Positions 7,552 to 16,448 of a stretch of 20,000 nt of DNA are shown piece after piece; within the stretch, counting starts at the first letter, position 1; each line of letters begins with the position of its first letter. Below the pieces are notes generated by a model. The model was not told the DNA's origin. It did not search any database and saw nothing but the letters and a program-made list of their open reading frames with translations. The position numbers were made by a program, and so were the translations under genes. The stretch is from IMG/VR virus record IMGVR_UViG_3300009128_000013; one strand, written 5' to 3'. Origin of the DNA: an uncultured virus (IMG/VR IMGVR_UViG_3300009128_000013). Its lineage: Duplodnaviria > Heunggongvirae > Uroviricota > Caudoviricetes.

Positions 7552-10500
7552 TACCATTTCTACTGAATAGTAAATTGTATCTAAGTGATAAGCCAATTCT
7601 TTAACTTCAATTGAATTGTTACCAACATTAATTGTGCTTGTTCCGGTGTCATCTACATCATAATTGACTACTGCATCTTGCAGTGACTGAATATCTGACT
7701 GTAGATCTACTGTCGCGCCAGGCAAGTTGCTAGTTCCTGACGAAGCTATGTTGTTTACCTGATCACCGTCACTATACACTTTTGGTAACATAAAATTAAA
7801 TACTCTGTCAAATCTAGACGGTGCCATTATTCTAGAATTCTTAATTTTCCCGGCGTAAAGATTTGTTTGACCCAGTGAGACAATTCTTCGAAGTTCTTCT
7901 CGTGTTGCTGACGGTGGGGTTGTAACGACTACTTGTGTCCCCTCCACATCAACTGTGACGTCCTTTCCATGAATTGTGTTGTCTAGAGTACCATCAGAAA
8001 TAGCAAAATAGAAATCATTGTTATGTTTTCCCGGCAGTAGAAGTTTGTGCAAAGAATTTGCGTTTAGTCCGCTTGATGATGCCACACTAGTGTCAGATAA
8101 CACTGATTCTAAAGTATCGTACGCTTCCTTATCTATAGCCGGTTTTGATATTGATGACATACTATTGATAAAGAAATCGCCTTCTGAAAGTGATATTCCA
8201 AATATTTCAAAAAATAGTAGAGATACGACATGGCTTCGAACATGTGCTTCCGCAACATCTACAGATATACCCAGAGATGTCCAGTTTCCAGATTCTACTA
8301 TTTCTCCAGCTCTTACTCTATAGAGTATTGCAGAATCGACAACATCAGCCCACAACGCAGACGTTGTCGTGTCTTCTCCAGTGTCTACTATGGTAGTTAT
8401 GCTATCAAAAGAGTCTGGTAGCAAAAATAATTCAAAGTCAAATGTCACAGATTGACTTGGGTACGTAAGAGTCTTGAAAACCTCAGAAACTGTTGACTTA
8501 GTTACTTTTATTTGTGTAGACGTGTTAGATGATAATGCTTCACCGGAAAAGCCAGTAGGTCTTCGAAGTAATTCAATTGCTCCTGATGGCATGCCTATCG
8601 ATGATATTATGTAACCGTTACCGTACTCTTCATCTTCTTCGGCAATCTTATCAACTAGTGAGTCTACAGCAACTCTTTCTGCTTTGCACATAGTGGCTGA
8701 CTTCATTGTGTAAGATGATCTGCCGTCTTCAGACGTCATCCTTTCTTTGTCAACTAACTTAAGCGATAGTTGCTGAGATGTCAAGTGTCTAAATGTTTGA
8801 TATTCATTACCACCGGGTTGTTTGGCTGCTGCAGTATATATTTTTGCTAAAAAGTCCACAGAAGAATCTGACATGCCTGAGGATTCTAGACTGTTTGTAC
8901 TGGGGTTTGATAGAAAATCAACTAGATCTAGTGCATTGGACGAAGAATTAGTTAAGTTGTCTGCAACAGATTTTAGTAGGCTGGCACAATACTTTACATG
9001 TCGTCGTGTTAATTTTGATCGCTCCAGCATGTTTATCAGCATGTCAGGAGTTGTACCCTCTAAAGAAATAACAGATGTCTTAGACACCCCTGCTATCGAT
9101 GATTCTTCTCCTGTTGATGTGAACAAGTCAGTTAATTTTGACCCTGTCTGTATTGAACTTACTAAAGCTGCAAGTGTTGATGACATCTTTTGGTGCATGT
9201 CATGGTCCCAATCAAGCATAGCAACTCCGGATTTGAGAGTTACATCAGATGTTCCGCTAACACCACCAAATTTCACCTCAAGTGCTACATTTTGTGCCTC
9301 TGTAGTTTCTGTTGTATCTATTTGATATTCACTACTGCACCATGCAGCCTTTATCGAAAATAACATCTTGGCTAGTGTTGAATATAAATCTGTAACCAGA
9401 AACATAATTTGATTATCACTGACATTTCCAAAGTTAGTCAATCCATTTGAATCTAGATACGATGTTTCGTCGGCGCCGTTACGTTTCGACAATTCCATCG
9501 CGGCTTTTTGCAACGATCTAGTGAATCTAACAGATGAGTATACTAAAGAGTCGTCAGGTGAATCAGTAATTACACCAAATCCGTCACCATTGTATAGTGA
9601 TAGAGGATCTGTACTATTATCAATGTTCCAACCGTCTTCTTCTATGTAGCTTGTTTTTGATAAGTTACCTCGCCTATTATTTGTCATGTCTCTAAAGAGT
9701 ATTAAAGACTCAGCTTGCGACAGTATAGAGGGTGATATACTTATTGTTTCGTCTAGAATTCCGTCTGCTGTAACTGATGAAGATCCTCCCGAATTATAAT
9801 GTTTTTCTAGGGCAATTCTATAGTTTTTGACAGATGTTGACAAAGAATCTGATGCATATACATCATCAGCAAAAACATCTAGATTGCTTGATGTGGGTAT
9901 TACCGACTTTTCAGTATCAGATAATAATTGATCATATTCGTAAGACATCAAGTATGATTGACGTGCTAGCATTTGAATCATCGTCAAACCACGCACACTG
10001 GCGCCGGATGTGCTAGTTGTGTATTGTCCAGAAAGCATACTTGACAGTGTAGCTTCACCATAAAATGAATCTATACCCGCATACCCTGATGAGATTGCAG
10101 ACGGCATTTCTGAATCTGAATATGCGTCATATCTTGCTACGCCGTCATGAGCGCGCGCCTCACTATATACTTTGCATGAAAGAGCAGTCATTTCATTATA
10201 GTCAAAACTACTAGACGATATAGATAGTTTTTGAAGATACGTTGCAAATTCTTGCAAAACAGCAGCTAATATCTTGTCGGGTGATAAGTTAGTGTCCTCA
10301 GATACTGCATACAATTCTTCTAAGTAATCACCCGAATCTGAAACTATCGATGAAAAACTGCTAGCAAATTCAGAAAAATTGTTAGTTCTTCCAGCAGTCG
10401 GATAACGTATTGGAAGCTCTGTAAAATAGTCACGACCCGAGACAACTGGTGGCGATGTTTGATTCGGGTAGTGTCCTGACTCAAATGGTAGAATTCTTAA

Positions 10501-11823
10501 CTCTGTGTCTCCCAATTCTTCGCCAATGACAACTGAGTCGAGAATAGAGCCTTCTTCAAATGACATATTGAGTATATTATCTGTGACTGTCATTGGAAGG
10601 GCACCAAAAGCTTTTTCTAAACCCCCATAACCATCTGTAACTGAGAATCTCGAGCCCATTTCAGTACCGCTTAAACGACCTATTCCTGCCGATGTTATCA
10701 GTATGTTTGACAACGTTGTTGCAATTGCTACTGCTCTGTCACTCAAAGAATCAGTTGAGAGCTGATCAATAAGTGAAATATCACCAGCCCAAACTGGAGA
10801 ATACAGTGACTTACGAAATCTTAGCGCACTTAAGTTATGAAGTCCGGGTGAAAATAGATCTTCTTTTCGACTATTATGATATGTTGAAGATTCCGGGAGG
10901 CCAGAAGATGCTTCTGTTACTCCGAATGAAACGTATCCCTCAGTTGTTGATTGACCTCCTCGACTAGGGCCAGCGTCTGCGCCAGGGCCGAGTGTATATA
11001 TTGACCTCACAATGTCATTACATGCAATTGCAATCATTTTAGTATTTGATGTTTCTCCAGGATCATAGCCTGTAATCCCTACCATTGACTTGAGAAAGCC
11101 CTCAAATGATGCTGGCGGTATAAATCCAGATGCTTCAGAATCAGTTAGTAGATCTGATGAATTTGAAGCAGCTAGATCCATTATTGCTACTTCTGAGAAT
11201 TTTAAATCTATTGCATCAGCTGCTGTGTTCATAGTCTTTCTAGCATACTGTATTGCTGCAAATTGATCGACCAATTCCTCGTCTATCACAGCAACATTCT
11301 CTGCCAGTGCAGTCATAATTCCATCTGGATCAACACTCATTGCAGAGTCTGTTAGTGCATCTAAGTTAGAAGTGCGCATATACCTGACTAGACGGCGTGC
11401 TTGCAATAAATTATGTGTATCAAATACTGCAAAATCTGCTGCATCAATTGATAGTATTACTTTAGGTCGAGTGCCATCTGTGTTTATATCAGATAGAAAT
11501 CCCGTCACTTCACTCAAAGAGAATGAGTTATTGACAGTTACTCTAGTTTTTTGTGATGTAGGCTCTGCAACTGTTTCTAGAGAAACTACACCCAATTCTA
11601 GTGCATCTATAACGCCCGCGGGTTCTTCTTCTTCTGTTAGCGCATCAGCAATTATAGTCAGATTTACCGACATCAGATCATCATAACTAGTACCAGTCTC
11701 GAGCAAATTAGTTATATCAGCTGAAACTGTTCCACTCTTGCTAGATGTTTGTGATGATGAACTAGTAGCTACTCCAGTGTCTCTGGTAGTGCTTGTAGTA
11801 CCGCCCAGCGTTGTCAATGCCAT
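7549..11823 (-). CDS. Large acidic Ser/Thr/Asp-rich hypothetical protein, 1424 aa; probable virion-associated protein
   Basis: Uninterrupted 4275-nt ORF whose start overlaps the upstream stop (TAATG). No recognisable catalytic motif. Low-complexity S/T N-terminus. The CDS is clear; the function is unknown. Confidence 0.6.
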   Translation of the reverse strand: MALTTLGGTTSTTRDTGVATSSSSQTSSKSGTVSADITNLLETGTSYDDLMSVNLTIIADALTEEEEPAGVIDALELGVVSLETVAEPTSQKTRVTVNNSFSLSEVTGFLSDINTDGTRPKVILSIDAADFAVFDTHNLLQARRLVRYMRTSNLDALTDSAMSVDPDGIMTALAENVAVIDEELVDQFAAIQYARKTMNTAADAIDLKFSEVAIMDLAASNSSDLLTDSEASGFIPPASFEGFLKSMVGITGYDPGETSNTKMIAIACNDIVRSIYTLGPGADAGPSRGGQSTTEGYVSFGVTEASSGLPESSTYHNSRKEDLFSPGLHNLSALRFRKSLYSPVWAGDISLIDQLSTDSLSDRAVAIATTLSNILITSAGIGRLSGTEMGSRFSVTDGYGGLEKAFGALPMTVTDNILNMSFEEGSILDSVVIGEELGDTELRILPFESGHYPNQTSPPVVSGRDYFTELPIRYPTAGRTNNFSEFASSFSSIVSDSGDYLEELYAVSEDTNLSPDKILAAVLQEFATYLQKLSISSSSFDYNEMTALSCKVYSEARAHDGVARYDAYSDSEMPSAISSGYAGIDSFYGEATLSSMLSGQYTTSTSGASVRGLTMIQMLARQSYLMSYEYDQLLSDTEKSVIPTSSNLDVFADDVYASDSLSTSVKNYRIALEKHYNSGGSSSVTADGILDETISISPSILSQAESLILFRDMTNNRRGNLSKTSYIEEDGWNIDNSTDPLSLYNGDGFGVITDSPDDSLVYSSVRFTRSLQKAAMELSKRNGADETSYLDSNGLTNFGNVSDNQIMFLVTDLYSTLAKMLFSIKAAWCSSEYQIDTTETTEAQNVALEVKFGGVSGTSDVTLKSGVAMLDWDHDMHQKMSSTLAALVSSIQTGSKLTDLFTSTGEESSIAGVSKTSVISLEGTTPDMLINMLERSKLTRRHVKYCASLLKSVADNLTNSSSNALDLVDFLSNPSTNSLESSGMSDSSVDFLAKIYTAAAKQPGGNEYQTFRHLTSQQLSLKLVDKERMTSEDGRSSYTMKSATMCKAERVAVDSLVDKIAEEDEEYGNGYIISSIGMPSGAIELLRRPTGFSGEALSSNTSTQIKVTKSTVSEVFKTLTYPSQSVTFDFELFLLPDSFDSITTIVDTGEDTTTSALWADVVDSAILYRVRAGEIVESGNWTSLGISVDVAEAHVRSHVVSLLFFEIFGISLSEGDFFINSMSSISKPAIDKEAYDTLESVLSDTSVASSSGLNANSLHKLLLPGKHNNDFYFAISDGTLDNTIHGKDVTVDVEGTQVVVTTPPSATREELRRIVSLGQTNLYAGKIKNSRIMAPSRFDRVFNFMLPKVYSDGDQVNNIASSGTSNLPGATVDLQSDIQSLQDAVVNYDVDDTGTSTINVGNNSIEVKELAYHLDTIYYSVEMV

Positions 11824-14800
11824 TACCTGTTCCTTCCTTTTCCGCTAGACCTACGAGATGATCTTTTTGTTGAGCTTTGTGTAGACTTAGCCCTAGATGA
11901 ACTTGATGTACCTTGTAACCTAGCTGTAGATTCATCTACTGACAAAGATTTGATCTGTGATGCAGTTGCTTTCTTTGGTTTGCTACTTGAAGCAGATGAT
12001 GATCTTCTTTTTGTAGACGTAGATCCTACCCTAGCTGCACCTTGGACGCTTTTCTGTGATACTAATGCTGCTTGTGAGACTCCGGAAGCATCTCGCATAA
12101 TTGTAAATTTGCCTGTCTTGGTAGATCTACCACCTGGTATAACGCTCTTAGAATTCTTACTTGACAGTCTAGCAGCTTTGTGTGAGCCGGCTTTCGAACC
12201 TCCAACACCTACAATATTATCCGGCATTGAATTCTTGGGTGCATGTTTTAAGCTCAACAATATGCTTGGAACATCAGACGATTGTGACAGAGTTGCTGAC
12301 TTTGTTGGATTGTACGTTTTGGTATAATTATTATTTACAAGAATAATAAAGTACTCTATGTCACCCAACTCACGGGACAATTGTAAATCTCTAAATGTGT
12401 ATGTTGACCCCTTAGACTGACCGGGTGTTACTGATCCTAGCACACTCGTTGTACCCATATATCTGCAGCAAACAAGAAAATGATCAACTCTAGAAATATC
12501 TCCTGAGCATGTGAAAGTTACATTATTAATCCCAAGACAAGACTTTCTAGCGCTTATTGATAATATCTCTGGAGGTATTGCTGGGATTGTGTATTCTTGA
12601 GATAGCTCAATCCCTGTTCTGCCTCGATATATCTGCTTTTCTGATGATGATGATCGATCGTTCAGTTCTCTTTGACTTGGCATACGCCTATCGCCAAGCA
12701 AAGAGCTATAAAATTTCTCTGACAAAACTGATGTTGTTGTCTTTACTAGACCCTGAGTAGATATCTTGGTCACAGCGTCTTTGAATAGTATTTCGGGAGG
12801 CGTCAGCATCAATTCATTGACATATCGATAAGTTACTCCCGGCTCTAAAGCTGGAATATTTTTCTCTCCTTGAACTTTAGCACTGTCTTCAAATTTTCCC
12901 GGTGGGTAAATCCCGTACGAATATTTCTTTCCGGAGCTTAGATTGAATCTGGAAACATGGAACATTATCATCTCGTCAAGTCTAGACCTATTTTCGTTAA
13001 GATCTTCAATGAACGATTCAGCAACATTTGCTAACTTGAGTAGATTTTGAATGCTTTGATATGATTGTTCAGAAGGCGTTGATGACAAATTGTACTTTAT
13101 ACCGCCAATTGTTTTATCATATGTAAATCCGTCTATAGACGCAGCAGCATTATCTCTCACGGGTGCTATATACTCCTTGAGCGCGTAACCGTTGGCAACT
13201 TCAGAACTTGCAAAGCCTCGTGGGTGTACTTCACACTGATACAAGTACTCGTAATTGGATACAACTGACTTGTCGAATACAGTTACTGATTTTTTACCCT
13301 CTGGCAAATTATAGACTGTCTTTCCCTGAATTGGAATTCGTGTATATTCAGAATGAGAAGGAAAACCACGTAGAGAATAGCATTTTTTGAGCAACGTAAT
13401 AGACTGAATTGCTTCAGAAATATTCGACAATTCAATCTTTATTCCGTCACCCGAATTCTCAGCACTGAGTACTACACTATATTTACTATCACTCTTTTTT
13501 ACAGGTTCGGGCACAGGAACTCCGTTGACAACTGTCCAGCCAAACGTTGTTCCCTCACCTCCAGTAGGGCCTATAGGCGTAACTCGATAAATTGCAGACT
13601 TGGGATTATAACAATTCGCGTCTCTGTCAGTATATATTATGCTTCCCATAGAGGGTGACACTAAAATCTTGTCTTCAATAACTTGAAATCCGTTGTCCAT
13701 GTTGTCTGGGTCGACTATCTTCCTTTCTATTCTTACGTGTGTTCCAATCGGATCTCGTTGAGTTATCATTATGTTGTTGACATCACCTAAACTCAGAGTA
13801 CAAGAAACAGCAGGGGGTATACTGGGATATAAAAATTCGATCAACATGTCTCTGTGAAGAACGGAGAATTCTTTTGTTGCAATCGGTGTTGCACCGTTGT
13901 CGCCCATCAATTCAACAACAACATAAAATTTCTCTCTTTGTGCTAAGAAATCTATGCCAAATGAAACGTTTTGTATTATCTCAATTAATTCAGACTGTAT
14001 TTCGCCTATGCTTACTGATGCTATGCTGGCAGGTAACGACAATGTCGAGATAGAGTCTATTGGCGCGCTTAGATCAGTTATAGGATTAGAAAATAAATCC
14101 TGAGAGAAATTACTCATAGCAGTTGAATTCAATACTGTTTTATTGTCATCATTTCCTATAGATAACGATCCAAGATTACTGTTCAAATTACTAATCGGAG
14201 ATGACACGCCAAATGCTACTGGGTTTGGCAATGATTGCATTGTTGCTACACTGTTTATTCCTGTCGATGTAACGTTACCCATAGAAAATGAAGAAGCACC
14301 CATACTACCGAGGCCGGGGATGGAAGTTCCCATCGCACTACTTATTGTTGCTCCTGAAAATGATAATTGACCAAGTGCAGCTGGATCAATTAAAGAATTT
14401 TGCACTGCAGTGACGCCGGCGTTAGATGACATTCTATTAGTAACAGATGTAGTTGATGTTGTCAATCCATTTCCATTTTCTAATCCTGCATTATTGAATG
14501 GATTGACAGATAAAGCTTTTGGCTTTAGATCAATTTGAGATGTTATAGTAGTATGTGAGCCCTTTGTTATTTTTTCAGAAACAGCTGTCGGTGTTGCTGC
14601 TGTACTTACACCAAATGTATATGTAATTGGAATAGACGCTAAGACACCCCCTGCTAATTCTGTAACAGATGGTATTTCATCAATGCCAAGATAGGAGGAC
14701 AAATCAACAGACACTTCTTTAAAATAACCAGTTGCTGAGGTTGAACTAATCAATTCTAATTGATGAGATGTTAGCGATACAGATGCAACAGACGTTGCGA

Positions 14801-15422
14801 TACTAGTGGCGGGTGATATTGTGCTAACAGATGACACAACTGGAGAAGTACTAAGCGCTGAAACTGCAGAACTATATGCTGCTGTCCTTCCTTTTATCAT
14901 AGACACAGAGCTCAGTGCATCGTTCAAATTAGTATTTCTTAGCCCACTAGTTTCTCTTGAAGTGGCTGTACCTGTCGGATCTTCGAAAAACTTGAACACT
15001 ACTTTTGTTACAGAATTTGATATTGCTGCTGTTTTATCAATGAAGAATCTAAGCTGATAAGTAAAATCACCCTCTGTGGACAAAACACCCAAGTTTTGAT
15101 CATCGACATATTGTCCCGGTAATAAATCAACCAGTAAAGATAAACCTCGGTCAGAATCAATTTCGAATACATCACTAAACGAAATTGATGGATCTGTTAT
15201 CGGAATCATTCTTGTGGTTCCCAGTGTGGCTAAACTAGATACGCTAGAGACTGCTGAAGCAGCTGAGATACCTTGCGAAACTGATATACCTGTTACACCT
15301 GGTGATGATGCTAAAGATGAAATAGAAGCAGCTGTAGACGTTTTGCTACTTTTGCCGCTAGTTATATTAGCTGCACCTTGTTGTAGTGTTGTCGAAGTTG
15401 ATACTTGCTGTAATACTTTCAT
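11823..15422 (-). CDS. Large hypothetical protein, 1199 aa: S/T-rich low-complexity N-half, several Fn3/Ig-like beta domains, basic S/K/R-rich C-terminal tail
   Basis: 3600-nt ORF with TAATG overlaps at both ends. Fn3-like endings: IYTDRD...AIYRVTPIGP, VFDKSVVSNYEYLYQCEV, LEPGVTYRYV, YTFRD...IEYFIILV. The tail ends SSTKRSSRRSSGKGRNR. Confidence 0.6.
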   Translation of the reverse strand: MKVLQQVSTSTTLQQGAANITSGKSSKTSTAASISSLASSPGVTGISVSQGISAASAVSSVSSLATLGTTRMIPITDPSISFSDVFEIDSDRGLSLLVDLLPGQYVDDQNLGVLSTEGDFTYQLRFFIDKTAAISNSVTKVVFKFFEDPTGTATSRETSGLRNTNLNDALSSVSMIKGRTAAYSSAVSALSTSPVVSSVSTISPATSIATSVASVSLTSHQLELISSTSATGYFKEVSVDLSSYLGIDEIPSVTELAGGVLASIPITYTFGVSTAATPTAVSEKITKGSHTTITSQIDLKPKALSVNPFNNAGLENGNGLTTSTTSVTNRMSSNAGVTAVQNSLIDPAALGQLSFSGATISSAMGTSIPGLGSMGASSFSMGNVTSTGINSVATMQSLPNPVAFGVSSPISNLNSNLGSLSIGNDDNKTVLNSTAMSNFSQDLFSNPITDLSAPIDSISTLSLPASIASVSIGEIQSELIEIIQNVSFGIDFLAQREKFYVVVELMGDNGATPIATKEFSVLHRDMLIEFLYPSIPPAVSCTLSLGDVNNIMITQRDPIGTHVRIERKIVDPDNMDNGFQVIEDKILVSPSMGSIIYTDRDANCYNPKSAIYRVTPIGPTGGEGTTFGWTVVNGVPVPEPVKKSDSKYSVVLSAENSGDGIKIELSNISEAIQSITLLKKCYSLRGFPSHSEYTRIPIQGKTVYNLPEGKKSVTVFDKSVVSNYEYLYQCEVHPRGFASSEVANGYALKEYIAPVRDNAAASIDGFTYDKTIGGIKYNLSSTPSEQSYQSIQNLLKLANVAESFIEDLNENRSRLDEMIMFHVSRFNLSSGKKYSYGIYPPGKFEDSAKVQGEKNIPALEPGVTYRYVNELMLTPPEILFKDAVTKISTQGLVKTTTSVLSEKFYSSLLGDRRMPSQRELNDRSSSSEKQIYRGRTGIELSQEYTIPAIPPEILSISARKSCLGINNVTFTCSGDISRVDHFLVCCRYMGTTSVLGSVTPGQSKGSTYTFRDLQLSRELGDIEYFIILVNNNYTKTYNPTKSATLSQSSDVPSILLSLKHAPKNSMPDNIVGVGGSKAGSHKAARLSSKNSKSVIPGGRSTKTGKFTIMRDASGVSQAALVSQKSVQGAARVGSTSTKRRSSSASSSKPKKATASQIKSLSVDESTARLQGTSSSSRAKSTQSSTKRSSRRSSGKGRNR

Positions 15423-16414
15423 TAGTCGAACACCACTGTAAAGACATTGACAAATGTTTGTTGCCCGAAATCATCTACTAATAGCTTGCCTACAAAAAAG
15501 ACTCTTTTACCGAAAGAAGAAGGATCTTCATCTTCAAATTCTCCGTAGTCGATTATTGCTAGCTTGCTAAATCCTGTGTCTGATCTAAACTCAAACGGCT
15601 GAACGATAATATTGTTATCTCTTGATGTCTCAATAAAGTCAATATCAACGTATTCTTTACTATCCAAATTTGCTTCTAAATCTTGGATAGTCATTATAGA
15701 CGATTGATTAAGATTTACATATGACCCCAGGGGAGGTGGTGAAGTACTCCCGGGTTGGATTGGATTTACTGGCGGTAAATATTTAAAATTGGGCAAGTGT
15801 GCCAATCTTCTATCGTGAAATAAGCTCTCAATTGCGTTTACTGATGCTACGTTGATATTTCTATTTGCATTAGTACCTAGTGTATCAGTGTCTGCTAGGG
15901 ATCCGTGTGGGTGGGGTTTTGTGTCGTCAACAGTAAACGTGTGACTAGTCTTGTCAACTTCAAAACCCTCTGTTGAAGATGTTGAGTCAAGCGTACCTAA
16001 TAGCTGCTGATCTCTGAAATTATTTGATATGGCATGAATAAGACTGTCTGCTGACTCGAGGATTGCTGCGCCTGTGAGTTGTGTGACTATAGTACCGCTG
16101 CTTTCTAAGTCAACAGAAGATGTGAGGACAGACATTCCGCCATATGAAAAGTCGCCGGCTTTGAATGGCTTGACTTTCCCTAGTGGATCGTACTCTACTA
16201 CTATTAAGTCACTAGCTCTAGACACTGCTTCAAACATTATTCTATTTGAAGCATCAGTAGCTACTCGATCTGAACCTGAAGTCTCATAGAAGGTATGCCT
16301 ATCTGTAAAAGATGCATACTTTATTTCCAGTGAATTGTTGACTAGCTGTTCTTTTCCTTGATCTGTAAAGATAAAGTCGAATACACGTTGTTTATTGTTA
16401 AGAATTCCTGCCAT
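15422..16414 (-). CDS. Putative virion structural protein, 330 aa; N-terminus related to the 234-aa protein
   Basis: N-terminus MAGILNNKQRVFDFIFTDQGKEQLV...LEIKYASFTD aligns by eye with MGFLDH...VDAVLTEKGREILA...FQVVQYTLAD. The C-terminus is beta-rich (KLAIIDYGEF...RVFFVGKL...TFVNVFTVVFD). Confidence 0.58.
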   Translation of the reverse strand: MAGILNNKQRVFDFIFTDQGKEQLVNNSLEIKYASFTDRHTFYETSGSDRVATDASNRIMFEAVSRASDLIVVEYDPLGKVKPFKAGDFSYGGMSVLTSSVDLESSGTIVTQLTGAAILESADSLIHAISNNFRDQQLLGTLDSTSSTEGFEVDKTSHTFTVDDTKPHPHGSLADTDTLGTNANRNINVASVNAIESLFHDRRLAHLPNFKYLPPVNPIQPGSTSPPPLGSYVNLNQSSIMTIQDLEANLDSKEYVDIDFIETSRDNNIIVQPFEFRSDTGFSKLAIIDYGEFEDEDPSSFGKRVFFVGKLLVDDFGQQTFVNVFTVVFD

Positions 16415-16420
16415 GTAATC

Positions 16421-16427
16421 TAACTAT
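16421..16427 (-). promoter_or_regulatory. Candidate phage (late) promoter element ATAGTTA
   Basis: Lies in a 34-bp gap, 6 nt upstream of the 330-aa ATG. A similar ATACTTA occurs in the 109-bp gap at 5598-5604. Confidence 0.3.
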
Positions 16428-16448
16428 CCCTAAGCAAACTTTCATCGA

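Noticed and set aside
7549..11823. 1424-aa protein as a tape measure protein
   Set aside because: It is acidic and S/T/D-rich, without the Ala/Gly/Lys-rich helical or periodic Trp/Phe repeats typical of tape measure proteins, and no tail chaperone or frameshift pair lies upstream. Not fully excluded.
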